Assembly (NCBI GenBank): GCA_026936335.1 | Contig: JAPMXV010000054.1 | Location: 368,962-432,961, forward strand | Source: Mantamonas sphyraenae STR306 | Taxonomy: Eukaryota > Protista > CRuMs | Length of the DNA: 64,000 nt | Direction: 5' to 3' | In this document: one piece after another, positions 11,601-23,589 of the stretch | How the letters are laid out: each line of letters begins with the position of its first letter | Numbering within the stretch: the first letter of the stretch is position 1 | The notes under the pieces: generated by a model | Told to the model about the DNA's origin: nothing | The model's input: the letters and a program-made list of their open reading frames with translations, nothing else | Database searches by the model: none | Translations under genes and position numbers: made by a program

Positions 11601-13062
11601 GTCGCCAGAGAACATCTGCTGGACGTTGATCACCTTCTCCCTGTTCTCCGCCTGACGTTTGCGCTCGTCTGTACACGCGTGCAGCCGAGGTGGATTTCAA
11701 GCACACAGGCCCCGCACACGAGGGCGAATCCATGTCAAGTTCCGTGTTAGCGGTGACGTAGAGCCGTGCTGTATCGCTGTGCACTGTGGGCGAGCCGTTT
11801 TCGCTTTGTCTGAAAGTCACAAAAGCAAAGCCGACCAAAATGGCGCCCTCCGACACGCCTCTGCCCAACACAGCACCCGTGACACTCTCTTGCACCGGTC
11901 CCCATGCAACTTACTGATATACTCGGCTATTTCCTCGATGGTCTTGAGCGCATCCTGCACTGCTGGCTGTGTAGCATGCGCCTCGTCCGTGTGCTTGAGG
12001 ATTTCGGCAAGCAGCAGCCTGTAGCGAGGGATGCGCTGAACTGGCATGATCAAATACGAGGGCAAATCACGCAGAGACTGGCCTTCGAGGGCACCCGCCA
12101 CAAAGCGGGCAAACTTCTTGTTTGTGCCAAGCAGTTTGGCCAGCGTGGGCATGGCGGACGTGTAGTTGTTTACGTACTGCGCGTACACCTTGAGGTATGG
12201 CGCCTGTGGGACCATGCAACGCAACACAAGGCCAACGCCAATGTGTGGTGCACCAATGGGCAGTGCGTCGGGGTGAGAAACGGGATGTGAGCGTCAGCGG
12301 CGGGTGTTAAAAAAAAGAAGCGCGCGGTGGAGGAAACGCTCGCTGCGCGGTCGGAAAGTGCCCTTGCATGGCCCCAGCACATGCATGGTCCATGAAACAC
12401 GCTGTAACCCAAGGCCATGGGTGGCAGTATGAGCAACATACCACGTTGGTAAACACAATGCCAATGTCCGCCGTCGGGTCCCGGTTGGCCGCCTTCAGGT
12501 CTGTGAGCAGCTTGCTGGAAATCGACAGGATGGTTTCCACGACCGAGAACACCTTGCTGATCTGCTGCTCGTTGAGCATCCCCTGTTCGCGCACAGGCAT
12601 GAGAACGTTCTGGATGAGGAAGCCCAACGCGTTGCAGTACGTCTCCTCAGTGTCAATCAATTCGCGGAGGACACGAAAGCGGATGCGCGCGTTCTTGGCG
12701 TCGTCACTGTCTTTGTACAGGTTGATGGTATCCCACCAATTGTCGAGGATGCGTCGACGCAGAAACCACCGCTGCAGAATCGTTGCGGCCATCTCTTCGT
12801 TCAGTTCGCCCGAGTCGTTGCGCGGTACGCGGTCAAACGCGTGCCGCGACGCCAATTCGCCAACTGTCTGTTCTGCCGACATACGGTAGCCTGGCTCAGG
12901 CGACAATGACAGCGTGGACAGCACTGCGCCGAGGGCACTCGTGCTGATACGCTTCGAGCCGCGCGACGACCCTCCGCTGTTTCTTTTGTCCGCCTCTGTG
13001 ATGGGCTCCTCGCTCAGCGAGTGGATAGCTGTGCTGAGTGAGACGGGATTGGGTGATTGCAT
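8679..13062 (-). CDS. IQ-RhoGEF(DH)-PH-Kelch repeat-PB1 multidomain protein; 3 exons; start approximate
   Basis: AATILQRWF (IQ); RELIDTEETY and YLIMPVQRIPRYRLLL (DH); LLLFNDML...WMDAI (PH); about 6 Kelch repeats (LFGG/VYGG); FMDEDGDLV (PB1); introns near 12440-12204 and 11915-11668. Confidence 0.85.
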
Positions 13063-13146
13063 CCGCACAAGCCTCAAAAAGGACGGGGTTTTGTTTGCAC
13101 CGCCGAGCGTGTCGGCTCCAGCCGCGCTCACACACGCACACAGTGA

Positions 13147-16100
13147 TCACGATTCTCCGAACTGCTCCCAAAAGTCGCTTTCGTCGTTGGGGCTCTCACC
13201 CACGCGCATCACTTGCACCTTGTTCGTGTTCAACTCGCCCAGGTAACCGTGGCGTGAAAACTTGTGGAACACGTCAAATGCGTCGTCCACCGAGTGTGCC
13301 ACCGTGTCACCCGCCCAGAGCCACACTCGAGTGCTCTTTGACCCGTGTGGGAACAACAGCACAATGCGGTCGTCCTTCAGGTCGCTGCGGTCAAACACCC
13401 CCACGCCCTCCCACGACGACCTATGCCAATTGCGAGTCCAAAACAGCAAAGGGATGACGTGATCCTCCTCGTCCTCATCCTCCTCCTCGTCCTCATCGTC
13501 ACCCCAGTGCATGAAATGGCCCTTCTCAGGCGTGTGACGCCCTCGGCGCGTATGGCCAAACCCGTCCCTTCCCTCGCCTTCAGCGTCTTCCTCATCGTCG
13601 TTGTCCTCTTCCTCGTCATCATCATCTTCTTCGATTCTTTCTACAATGGCGTCTTCAAAACTTGGGATGGCCAGCCCTGAGCTGTTGCGCGTCATGGGCG
13701 AATCCAGACCTGTGACCATTTCCTTGTGCGAGACACCGGAGCGCTTGTGCCGCGCCGTGGTGCTTCCATTGCCAGACCAGGTGGATGAAAGCGTCGGACG
13801 AGCACGTGCAGCTTTGCGCTGGCTGCGTGTGCCTTGCGGCGCCTCCTTCTTGTTTGTTTCGTTCGCAATCTTCCCAGGCAGTTGCAAGTGCAAGCTGCGG
13901 TGAACCGAGGCGTACTGAAAGTCCGCGTCGTACTTGCGGTTGTGTTCGATGTCACCCTTGTTGCCCAGCAGAGAGTAGAAGCGCTGCAAATCCTGTGATG
14001 CGACGTCGTCCTGGTGCACGCGTGTCACGTTGTCGATAGCCACGTCAAAGCGCCGCAGACGTGCAATGTGGTCGTCCACCACGTCTGCATGCTCTGAAGA
14101 GTGCTCCGAACCCACCCAAACAAACAGTTCGGATCCAGCGTGGAGCACAAAGACACCGCGCGGATCCAGGGCGTCCAGAGTGTGCGAGCGCACAAGCTTT
14201 AGCGTGAGGAAGGAATCGGACATGAAGGTTGTCTGCGGTGCCACACGGTACAAGGTGAGTTCGTCTGTGTCGCGGTTGGTGCGCCGACGATGCCAGCTCA
14301 TGAGCTGCAGCACAAAGCCCAAATTGGGGTTGCAGATCGACCTGCGCTCCTTCACGTATTCGTGAGCACGTTCGTAGTCCCAATCGTAGTGCCACATGAG
14401 GTATGCAATGACCATGGAGCACGAGCGTGATACTCCCTGCTGGCAATGGACAAGCACCGCCCCACTCTCGGTGTCATTGCGTACGCTCTCGATGTACTCG
14501 ATCACTTCCAGAATCAGGTATGAGATGTCTTGGTTGGCGTTGTCGTTCAGGCACAGTGTCTTGTACGCAAACTCCGACGTGTGAGGGTTCTCGCAAATCT
14601 GGGCGGCGCAGTTGACAATGTGCGTGATGCCGTTGGCTTGCAGGATGTGCTTGTTGGCAGCCACCTTGGCTCCGCCAACAAAGAGAAAGTCTGTGATGCG
14701 CGAGGCCACATTGTCAAATTGGGCGAGCTTCTGCTTGCGCTTTGCGTCTTCATCACCCATGTCTGCATCGGTGGATTTTGAGATGACGGACAGGTCGAGA
14801 CGCAGCCCTCCCTTGCCCAGGCGCTTGCTGCTGCGCATGGGAGTGCTCGACGTCATGTTGTTGGCCACGAGTTCAGGGCTTTGTGTGAGGTTTGGGCTGC
14901 TGCTGCTCTTTGTGATCTTGTGCGGGATCTGAGTGAGCGTGGGCAGGGTGGACGACGGCTCCCCGTACGCGTCGTCATCATCGTCGTCGTCATTGTAACC
15001 CGGTGAATCACCGCGCATACGCTGGGCTTGTGCATGGTGTTGGCTGTTGGTACTTGTGTGCCTGCGCGCAGTGAGTGGGGGCACGGCGTCAAAGCCCTGC
15101 TCTGGATCGTTGCCCGAGTTGGCTTTGTTGTCGTTGGCCGCATGTGTGCTGATGTTAAGGGTGGGGCGCGTGCGGCGCTGTGTGGGTTTCCGTGGCTCCG
15201 AGTTCATGCCTGATTCAAAGCCTCCCTGGCCGTCCCAGACGGGAGTTAGGCTGACGGTGAGGGGCGAAAACGAGGCGCTGTCTCCATCGGCCAGGGTAGC
15301 GACGGGGTTACCGTTGGCTGGCGAATTGGAATGGGAGTTGGAAGAGGTGGAGACGACGGAGGCGAGCGTGGCCGGGGGCGTTGGAGAGATGGCCACTGTG
15401 CCGTCGGTGATGTCGCGCTGGTTGTCACGTTTGGAAGCTTCATCGCCAGGATGAAAGTGTTCGCGCACAATCCAAAGGTGGAGGAAAGCAGAGCCAATGG
15501 GTGGAAGGAGGAGAAACAGGAGGACTACCACGCCCAGGCTGTCCAGACCGGCGGCATCGAGATCGGCAAGGTAGGCGTACATAAGGCCCAGGGAGAGGAT
15601 GTGACACGCCGTACCCAACAGATGTGCTCTGTATAGCCTGATGTCGAGATAGGGCTCGCGGCGAAGCAGTGCAGCAAGTGTGACGACTGCAAGAAGGAGG
15701 AGGAACGCGAGTTGCAGCGAGAAGGGACCGTAGACAAAAAGGCCAGCCACAAGGGCGACGGCGGTGCGGATGACGTATTCGCCGATTCCAGCCAGATAGT
15801 TGGATGGGGTGTAGAGGAGATACAGGGCGCCGTACTTGTGGCGGGTGCTGGGGTGGTCAAGGCGTTGGTTGTTGTTGACCAGGAGGGCGAGCATGGCTGC
15901 AGGGGCACCAAGCGCAGTGACAATCTGAAGGGGGTGGGGAAAGGTGAAGGGGTGAGCCATGAGAGGGTGAGCACATGGGAGCGAGCGTTCGAGGCATGGC
16001 CAAGGTTGGCAGGCGTGGGGTGGGTGTGACGAAGCGGGAACGGACACGGGATGGAAGAGGGCCAACGGTTGGGCGCGAGAAGAAACGTACGAGCCACAAA

Positions 16101-16612
16101 GCGAGAGCGACGAGATTGCCGATGACCGATGAGACAACAGCAGCATCGGGAGAAGAACTGTACAGGGCGATGCGAGCTAGCTCGAGGGAGGTGGCAAAGA
16201 CAAGGGCGGGCCCGAAGAGGAGAAGGAGGCGGACAAGCGTGGAAACGGCGGTGCGTTGGAGATGCTTGGTGAGGGTGACGTGGGATAGGTCACGATTCTC
16301 TGCTCCACAATACGCAAGGTAGAGTGCATAGGCTGTGTATCCAAGCAGGGTGCAGCCCAGAAGGATGAGGAAGCAGAGGTGAACGTTGAGAAACAAGTCG
16401 CCCGGTGTCGAGGCGAGTAGGCCCGTATACGCTTGTAGAGAAGGATTGGCCTTATCTTGGGGCAACACTGGATTAAGTGATGCGAGTGGAAGGAAGAGGA
16501 GTGACCAGGAGAAGCCTTGCGCGCTGACGAGCGAATGTGCTGTTGGTATCCTTGCTGCCGCAAGGACGCCCGTCAGGCTGATGAACTGAAACTGTGTGAT
16601 TAGCCGCTGCAT
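13147..16612 (-). CDS. Multi-pass TRP/Flc-like membrane domain in frame with an MKP1-type dual-specificity phosphatase and gelsolin-like domains; intron 16090-15925
   Basis: TM region QFQFISLTG...KYGALYLLY...EPY; DSP motif VLVHCQQGVSRS...NPNLGF; LDPRGVFVLH...FVWVG; no stop codon between the two parts. Confidence 0.7.
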
Positions 16613-16799
16613 GCGGCAGGACTGTTTGAAACGATGGGAAGCGCGACGGGAAACGCGCGGTGGATTGTGCGGGAGTTGGAAAAAGTGTTGGTGGTGGCAG
16701 CGCGTGTTGCAAAAGAAGAGATTCATTGCACTGTGCACAGAGTGAGGATGGTGCTCAGGCTGCAGGCTGCTCGGATGGGTGGATGGGTGGATGGGTGGA

Positions 16800-19490
16800 T
16801 TACATGTCGGCCAGCGCCTCTTCGAAGCGCTTTCCCTGAGAAAAGGCGGCACGAAGCTCGGTGACGACCTCACCGATAGGATCGGAAGAGGAGGAGGCGA
16901 GCTGTTCATGGACAGCATCCAGAGTAGCGCTGATGTCAAGCTCGATGGCACTGCTTTGAGCGTGCGTGTCGTCGTGCACAAGCGTACCCAAGGCAACAAG
17001 GTAGCGGAAGGCAATGTCTGCCTCTTGCTCCTCTGACAAGGCCTCCTGGATGGCAACGATGAGCTGCAGCTTGGCTTCGTCGTCTTGTTCGTTGGCTACC
17101 TTTGCAAGGCGCATGGAGGCATTCTGGATAAAGGTAGCAAACGCGGTTCGCACGCCCTTCTTGTCGTGGGTGGCGCAGGACAGAGTGCTGTCGATGATGT
17201 CGGACAGATGTGCATCCATGACCTGCTTGAGGGCCAGGCGAACGTACATGTTTGTGAGGAAGCGCATGACGAGGATAGAGACGGGGGCCGGGGGCGGGTT
17301 GTCTTCTTCTGCAAGGAGGCTTGCGAGTTGAAGAGCAACGTGGTTGTCTGAGGGCGTGCCAAAGTGATTGGCTGCGTCCGGGTGCAGGATGACGAGGCGA
17401 AGAAGGTCGATGGCAGGGAAAACCTTTGCAACGGGCCATTTGAGGAGCTTGTGGAGCACGGCAATCTGGGCGTCGGTGAAGTGGGAGCTGTGGTAGCGCG
17501 AGGTTTCTGTGGCGACTTGGACAAGCTGGTCGAGAATGGCAATCTCGTCGTCATCGAGAGCGAGGGACTGATCGTCGAGTGTTTCGTTGTTGGAGTGGAT
17601 CTTGGGCAGGAACTTGTCTGCGTTCTTTTGGTCAAACAGCACAAACTGGGTCTTTGGAAAGTGCTTGAAGCGCGACTGAGGGGTGGCGACCGACTGGCGC
17701 GCAGGGGCGCGTGCTTTCGACCCGGTAAAGGGATCCGGGTTGCCCTGGGATTTCCAGCCTTCCAGACCGACCTTTGCACGGATGGACTCTGCAATTTCCT
17801 CGACGAAGCTCTCGTCGAGGCCATTCTTGTAGACAAAGGCCTGGGCAGCATCCCAAGGATCCATACCCTTGCTCCAGCCGAGTTTGTAGGAGCCGCCAGT
17901 CTCTGTGGAGATGTCCCAGACGTAGTCATACTCGACGCCGTCGATGGTGGGCTTGCCCGAGCCGCTGAGGCCGCCATGGTTCGCTTCCTGGATGGGGTTG
18001 TTATTTGCATCGACGAGCTGACCTGTAAACTTCCATTGGGAGGCTGCTGCGTCCCAGTTGTAGAGGACGAGCATGCCGGCCTGGTTGATGAAAGCGTTTT
18101 CACCATCGGTGGTGCCTGGCGTCTGCAGGCGCTCCATTCCTGGGTACTCGCTGACCTTCATGCCGTTGAATTCATCGGAGGCCCCACCAGAGGCAGCGTT
18201 GGCGGCCTGCTGGGACAGCTTCTGATGTGCAGCCTCGACCTGCTCGACAAAGTCGGCTTGGACCTGCGGGTCTGCGATGCGAGCGTCGCTGCGAGTAAAG
18301 ATGCGTACCATGCGATCTTCGCAGGCAGTGACGATGTCGCCGTTGGGCAGCGGGACGACGCCAAAGACGACGTGCGGATGCTTGATGGTTTGCACACACT
18401 GGTCGTCGCGGTAGATCTTTGCAGTGCGATCCTCGCTGGCGGTGGCAATCTCACCAGACTCGAGAACAGAGCCCGAGTAGACAATGGAGCCTGCGGGATC
18501 AAAGAGGGATTTGATGACCTCGAAGGACTGGAGGGAGAGCAGGTTGTGGACGCCGTCGTTGGTACAGGTCATGAAGCCAAAGCCGGGCACCTGGAAGAGA
18601 CCCTGAACGGTATCATCGTGCTTCTTGATGACCGAATGGCATTTCCCGTCGCGCCAGATGCGTACAGAGCGGTCACCGGAGGCGGTGGCGATGTCGCCGC
18701 CTGGAAGGGCAAGGACAGCCTTGATGGGGTGTTCGTGGCCTTGGAGAGTGGCGACGGCGACACCATCACGCCAGATCTTTGCAGTTCTGCGGAAGAGGGA
18801 ATGGAGGGCGGAAGGAGTCAGTCAGGCACGGGCTCAGGCAGTGCGACGTTTGTGGAGGTATTTGACAACGTACGCGTCCCAGGAACCAGTGATGATGTCT
18901 CCGTCCTCGGAGACGTCAACGGCAGAGATTTGGGCCGTGTGGGCATCGGGGATGGTGTACAGAGGTTCGCAAGACTGTCAGGGTGGGCGAGGGCGAGTGT
19001 GAGCCGGAATGGAATTCGGGTGCAGCGGGTGAGCGCGGCGGAAAGGGGAAGTTAAGCGGTGAGTGGACGTACGGTGGAATCTGGAGAGGCATCCCAGAAG
19101 TTGATGCGCATGTCACGGCCAACAGTGACGAGGAAGTTGCCTGTAAAGTCCTCAGGAAGGGTCTGTACGAGCGAGGGAAGGAAGAGGCGATGAACGTAGG
19201 TGATGCCGGTGACCCAGCTGCTGTGGCCGAGAAGGGTGCGTTCTTTCTCCCATTGGGGCTGATCTTCGGAACCAACGTTTCGCCAGATGATGGTGATGGC
19301 ATCACGGCCGCCAGTGACAAAGCGGCCGTCAGGAAGCACCTTGACGACGCGTACTTCGCGCTCGTGGCCAGCGAGCACAGCCGAGAGCTGGAAAGGGATG
19401 TATGCTTCAGTCCTGTGCGAAAGACAGGAACGAATGGGAATGAGTATGAATGGGCAGGACGGGAGATGAGGGATGGAAAGGAGCGTACAT
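16800..19490 (-). CDS. PLAA: PLAA/Doa1/Ufd3 (WD40-PFU-PUL), multi-exon
   Basis: FQLSAVLAGHEREVR WD repeats; ACEDRMVRIFTRSDARIA; GVEYDYVWDI...DPWDAAQAF (PFU); WPVAKVFPAIDLLRL and FRYLVALGTL (PUL). Confidence 0.93.
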
Positions 19491-19585
19491 GGAGCAAGTT
19501 GTCTCTCCGGGTGTTCGTGTGGTGGGCTGGGGGCGCAGGGCACCCGAATATCTTTGTTTGGATGATGGAAGGTTGCAGGTGGAGG

Positions 19586-20746
19586 TCACAAACGCCTGTT
19601 CACGGTGGGCTTGATCTCATCGGGAACGTTTGTGTTCTTGCCGGCGCCGTTGGGGTCGACAATGGAGACGACGACGACGGCGATGATGCCCAGAACGACG
19701 AGGAAGAGCATGAGCATGATAAACTTGTCGGTCATCATGCGGCGAGCAAAGTCACGGACAAGGCGGTCGGCACGATTGAGGTCTGCGTCAATGCGGTCGT
19801 TGATCTCGTCGATGCGCTGGATCTGTTCGCCTTGCCTTTCGAGCTCTTCAAGGGTGTTCTTGCCCACCTCCATAGTCTGCTTGTTTGTGGCCAGGGCACT
19901 CTGGGCAATGGCAAGGGTATCCTGTTGAACCTTTTTGCCGTGGGCAATCTGGTCTTCGCGTGTGATGGTGGTTGGGTCTGCAGGGAGGGGGGTACACGCG
20001 GGGTAGGTGGACAAGGTGAGCGTGTGCAAGGACATGGGAGAGGGTGAATGGCCGGGAGGGAGCACGGTTGGCGTACGTGTCCGGGAGGATGGCGGGAAAA
20101 GCGGCAAAGGCGGCAGTTCCCAGATTTTGGCGGCCCTCTCGGACGCGCGTTTGCGCGCGTCGCGTGCAACATAGCATGGGTGGACATGGAACGTACCGAC
20201 ACCTCGACCTCCCTCAAAGAGGGCGCCACGGTCTGCAGCATTCTTGGCTGTCTCGAGCTCCTGGTTGAGGGCAAGAATGCGCTTGCGGTGGCGCTCGGTT
20301 TTCTGCGCGGTGAAGAGAGTGCCGTTTTTCACAAAGGGTGAGTCCCACGGCGAAGTCTGGGGACGGGCGAGTGGGCAGGAAGCGAGGAGCACATACGACT
20401 TGCCAAGGCTTGGCCTCTTCGGGCTCGAGATCCATCATCTCGACCTTGATCTGCTTGAGGTATTCGCGAGCTCGCTGGAGGCGCTTTGTCAAGTTGGAGT
20501 GCATCTGTGACGAAATGGGCGGCGGCGGCGGCAGTGATGTTAGCGCATGCGACGGAAGGATGGAGAGGCAAGGATGGAGGCAAAGGCGGTAGCAACGTGT
20601 AGAGACAGTGGGGGCGAGGCAAAGGCCATCGGGTAACATACCTGCTGGCGGCGAGGACCCTCAAGGTTCTGCATGTCCTGGATGCCCTGCTCGATCTCTT
20701 CATAGGTCTTTTCAAGGAGTTCGTTGAACTCTTCCACTTCTTCCAT
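19586..20746 (-). CDS. NPSN: Qb-SNARE of the NPSN type; 4 exons
   Basis: Habc-like N-terminus, SNARE motif ELERQGEQI, MTDKFIMLMLFLVVLGIIAVVVVSIVDPN (NPSN-type TM and tail). Confidence 0.8.
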
Positions 20747-20898
20747 CCCGTTCCGTGCCCCAAGTGTGTTTTTGTGTGGATGGGTGAGCGGGGCGAGGCA
20801 AAGGAGGAAGCGCCGGCTTGGCAATAAGTTCCAGCATGTCCAGGTGAGTGTGTGCAACAAGTGTCGGCGAAAGGATGTGATGGCATGATGAATTCGCA

Positions 20899-23574
20899 TT
20901 GGAGGATGGGCAGGTGATCGAGAAGTGCAAAGGGCGATGGGGTGAGAGAAGGAGGGAGGCAGAGGGGCATGGAGAACTGACCGTTGGTGCAAACATCAGC
21001 CCGATAACGCAGGATGAGGCAGCTGTCAAGATCCAAGCACAGGTGCGTGGACGACAGGCACGCAAGGAAGTGGAGGAGATGCGTACGAAGCAGACAGGTG
21101 CGGCAGATCAGCCAGCAGCTGAGGAAGAACAGGCCGCTGTGAAGATTCAAGCTCAGGTGCGAGGACGACAAACGCGCAAGGAGATGGCCGAGAAGCAAGA
21201 TGCAGCTGTGAAGATCCAGGCCAACTACAGAGGGCACCGTGTACGCATGGCGCAAGAGTCTGCACCGCTACCGGCCGGGGGTGAGGAAGAGGCTGAGGAG
21301 GATGTGCAAGCTCAGGAAGACGCGGCTGTGAAGATCCAGGCACAGGTGCGTGGAAGGCAGGCACGCAAGCAGGTGGAGGGAATGCGTGCAGAGGGACAGG
21401 CAGAAGCACACCCGAGCGATGGGAACGGTGAGGATGAGGAAGCAGCGGCTGTGAAGATTCAAGCACAAGTGCGCGGAAGGCAGGCACGGAAGGAGATGGC
21501 AGAGAAGCAAGAGGCAGCTGTGAAGATTCAGGCGAACTACCGAGGACACAAAGTGCGAGCGGGGACGGGAGGGAAGAATGAGGAAGGTACTGCGGAAGAG
21601 GCGAGTGGCGGAGAGGAGGAGGAGGCAGCGGCTGTGAAGATTCAAGCACAAGTGCGTGGAAGGCAGGCACGGAAGGAGATGGCAGGGAAGCAAGAGGCAG
21701 CTGTGAAGATTCAGGCACAGGTACGTGGAAGGCAAGCACGCAAGGAAATGGAGGAGAAGCAAGATGCAGCTGTGAAGATCCAGGCCAACTACAGAGGGCA
21801 CCGCGTACGCATGGCGCAAGAGTCTGCACCGCTGCCGGCCGGGGGTGAGGAAGAGGCTGAAGAGGATGTGCAAGCTCAGGAAGACGCGGCTGTGAAGATC
21901 CAGGCACAGGTGCGTGGAAGGCAGGCACGCAAGCAAGTGGAGGGAATGCGTGCAGAGGGACAGGCAGAAGCACACCCGAGCGATGGGAACGGTGAGGAGG
22001 AGGAAGCAGCGGCTGTGAAGATTCAAGCACAAGTGCGTGGAAGGCAGGCACGGAAAGAGATGGCAGAGAAGCAAGAGGCAGCTGTGAAGATTCAGGCGAA
22101 CTACCGAGGACACAAAGTGCGAGCGGGGACGGGAGGGAAGAATGAGGAAGGTACTGCGGAAGAGGCGAGTGGCGGAGAGGAGGAGGAGGCAGCGGCTGTG
22201 AAGATTCAAGCACAAGTGCGTGGAAGGCAGGCACGGAAGGAGATGGCAGGGAAGCAAGAGGCAGCTGTGAAGATCCAAGCACAGGTACGTGGAAGGCAAG
22301 CACGCAAGGAAATGGAGGAGATGCGTACGAAGCAGACAGGTGCGGCTGATCAGCCAGCAGCTGAGGAAGAACAGGCCGCTGTGAAGATTCAAGCTCAGGT
22401 GCGAGGACGACAAACGCGCAAGGAGATGGCCGAGAAGCAAGATGCAGCTGTGAAGATCCAGGCCAACTACAGAGGGCACCGTGTACGCATGGCGCAAGAG
22501 TCTGCACCGCTACCGGCCGGGGGTGAGGAAGAGGCTGAGGAGGATGTGCAAGCTCAGGAAGACGCGGCTGTGAAGATCCAGGCACAGGTGCGTGGAAGGC
22601 AGGCACGCAAGCAGGTGGAGGGAATGCGTGCAGAGGGACAGGCAGAAGCACACCCGAGCGATGGGAACGGTGAGGATGAGGAAGCAGCGGCTGTGAAGAT
22701 TCAAGCACAAGTGCGCGGAAGGCAGGCACGGAAGGAGATGGCAGAGAAGCAAGAGGCAGCTGTGAAGATTCAGGCGAACTACCGAGGACACAAAGTGCGA
22801 GCGGGGACGGGAGGGAAGAATGAGGAAGGTACTGCGGAAGAGGCGAGTGGCGGAGAGGAGGAGGAGGCAGCGGCTGTGAAGATTCAAGCACAAGTGCGTG
22901 GAAGGCAGGCACGGAAGGAGATGGCAGGGAAGCAAGAGGCAGCTGTGAAGATTCAGGCACAGGTACGTGGAAGGCAAGCACGCAAGGAAATGGAGGAGAA
23001 GCAAGATGCAGCTGTGAAGATCCAGGCCAACTACAGAGGGCACCGCGTGCGCCTGAACCCTCGCCGCAGGGCCAACGGAAAGGCCTCTGGGCAGCGTGGA
23101 ACCCAAGAGACTGTGGTTGGCGTGTCCAAGATGTCGCGCAGGCACTTCTCGCTCTCAATGGGGCCTGTAGTAGCCAGCATCAAGCGTACGGCGGCTCCGT
23201 TGCAGCAGGCCAAGTTGACGGCCGAAGACGGAGTGGACTTTGTTGCCGACCACGTGGAGAAGTTTGAGTGCAGTGAGCTGGTGTCGAGCATCCTTCTGCA
23301 CTCGGAAACGTCGATGCTTCTACAGTACCTCGTCATCTTCAGCCGACCGGAGACAGAAAGGCCGATTCCCAGTACGACGGCCTCACTGTTGTTCACGGTG
23401 TGGAGCGAGGAAGACAACATGGGTGGGTACACGACACGTGGGTGCTATGTGATGGAGAACACAAAGCACGTCCGGTACACAGCAACCAGCCAAGGCATTT
23501 CGGAGCGATGGATTCAGCGCACGCTGGCAAGCAAACTACGAGTTCGGGAAAACACACGAGTGCACAGGTTCTGA
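20899..23574 (+). CDS. 22 x IQ-motif protein with C-terminal AKAP28/AKAP14-like domain; true start uncertain
   Basis: 22 copies of AAVKIQA(QV/NY)RGxxxR; C-terminal FSRPETERPIPSTTASLLF...YVME...ERWI. Confidence 0.75.
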   Translation: MEDGQVIEKCKGRWGERRREAEGHGELTVGANISPITQDEAAVKIQAQVRGRQARKEVEEMRTKQTGAADQPAAEEEQAAVKIQAQVRGRQTRKEMAEKQDAAVKIQANYRGHRVRMAQESAPLPAGGEEEAEEDVQAQEDAAVKIQAQVRGRQARKQVEGMRAEGQAEAHPSDGNGEDEEAAAVKIQAQVRGRQARKEMAEKQEAAVKIQANYRGHKVRAGTGGKNEEGTAEEASGGEEEEAAAVKIQAQVRGRQARKEMAGKQEAAVKIQAQVRGRQARKEMEEKQDAAVKIQANYRGHRVRMAQESAPLPAGGEEEAEEDVQAQEDAAVKIQAQVRGRQARKQVEGMRAEGQAEAHPSDGNGEEEEAAAVKIQAQVRGRQARKEMAEKQEAAVKIQANYRGHKVRAGTGGKNEEGTAEEASGGEEEEAAAVKIQAQVRGRQARKEMAGKQEAAVKIQAQVRGRQARKEMEEMRTKQTGAADQPAAEEEQAAVKIQAQVRGRQTRKEMAEKQDAAVKIQANYRGHRVRMAQESAPLPAGGEEEAEEDVQAQEDAAVKIQAQVRGRQARKQVEGMRAEGQAEAHPSDGNGEDEEAAAVKIQAQVRGRQARKEMAEKQEAAVKIQANYRGHKVRAGTGGKNEEGTAEEASGGEEEEAAAVKIQAQVRGRQARKEMAGKQEAAVKIQAQVRGRQARKEMEEKQDAAVKIQANYRGHRVRLNPRRRANGKASGQRGTQETVVGVSKMSRRHFSLSMGPVVASIKRTAAPLQQAKLTAEDGVDFVADHVEKFECSELVSSILLHSETSMLLQYLVIFSRPETERPIPSTTASLLFTVWSEEDNMGGYTTRGCYVMENTKHVRYTATSQGISERWIQRTLASKLRVRENTRVHRF
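21012..23050 (+). repeat. Near-identical intragenic tandem duplications (564/678-nt sub-periods, 1242-nt super-period)
   Basis: ATGGCGCAAGAGTCT at 21247, 21811 and 22489; ATGCGTACGAAGCAGACAGG at 21079 and 22321. Confidence 0.9.
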
Positions 23575-23589
23575 GTGTGCAACGGTGCG

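Noticed and set aside
21012-23050. Regularly spaced repeats resembling a CRISPR array
   Set aside because: They are in-frame IQ-motif coding repeats with repeated spacers; there are no cas genes and the context is eukaryotic
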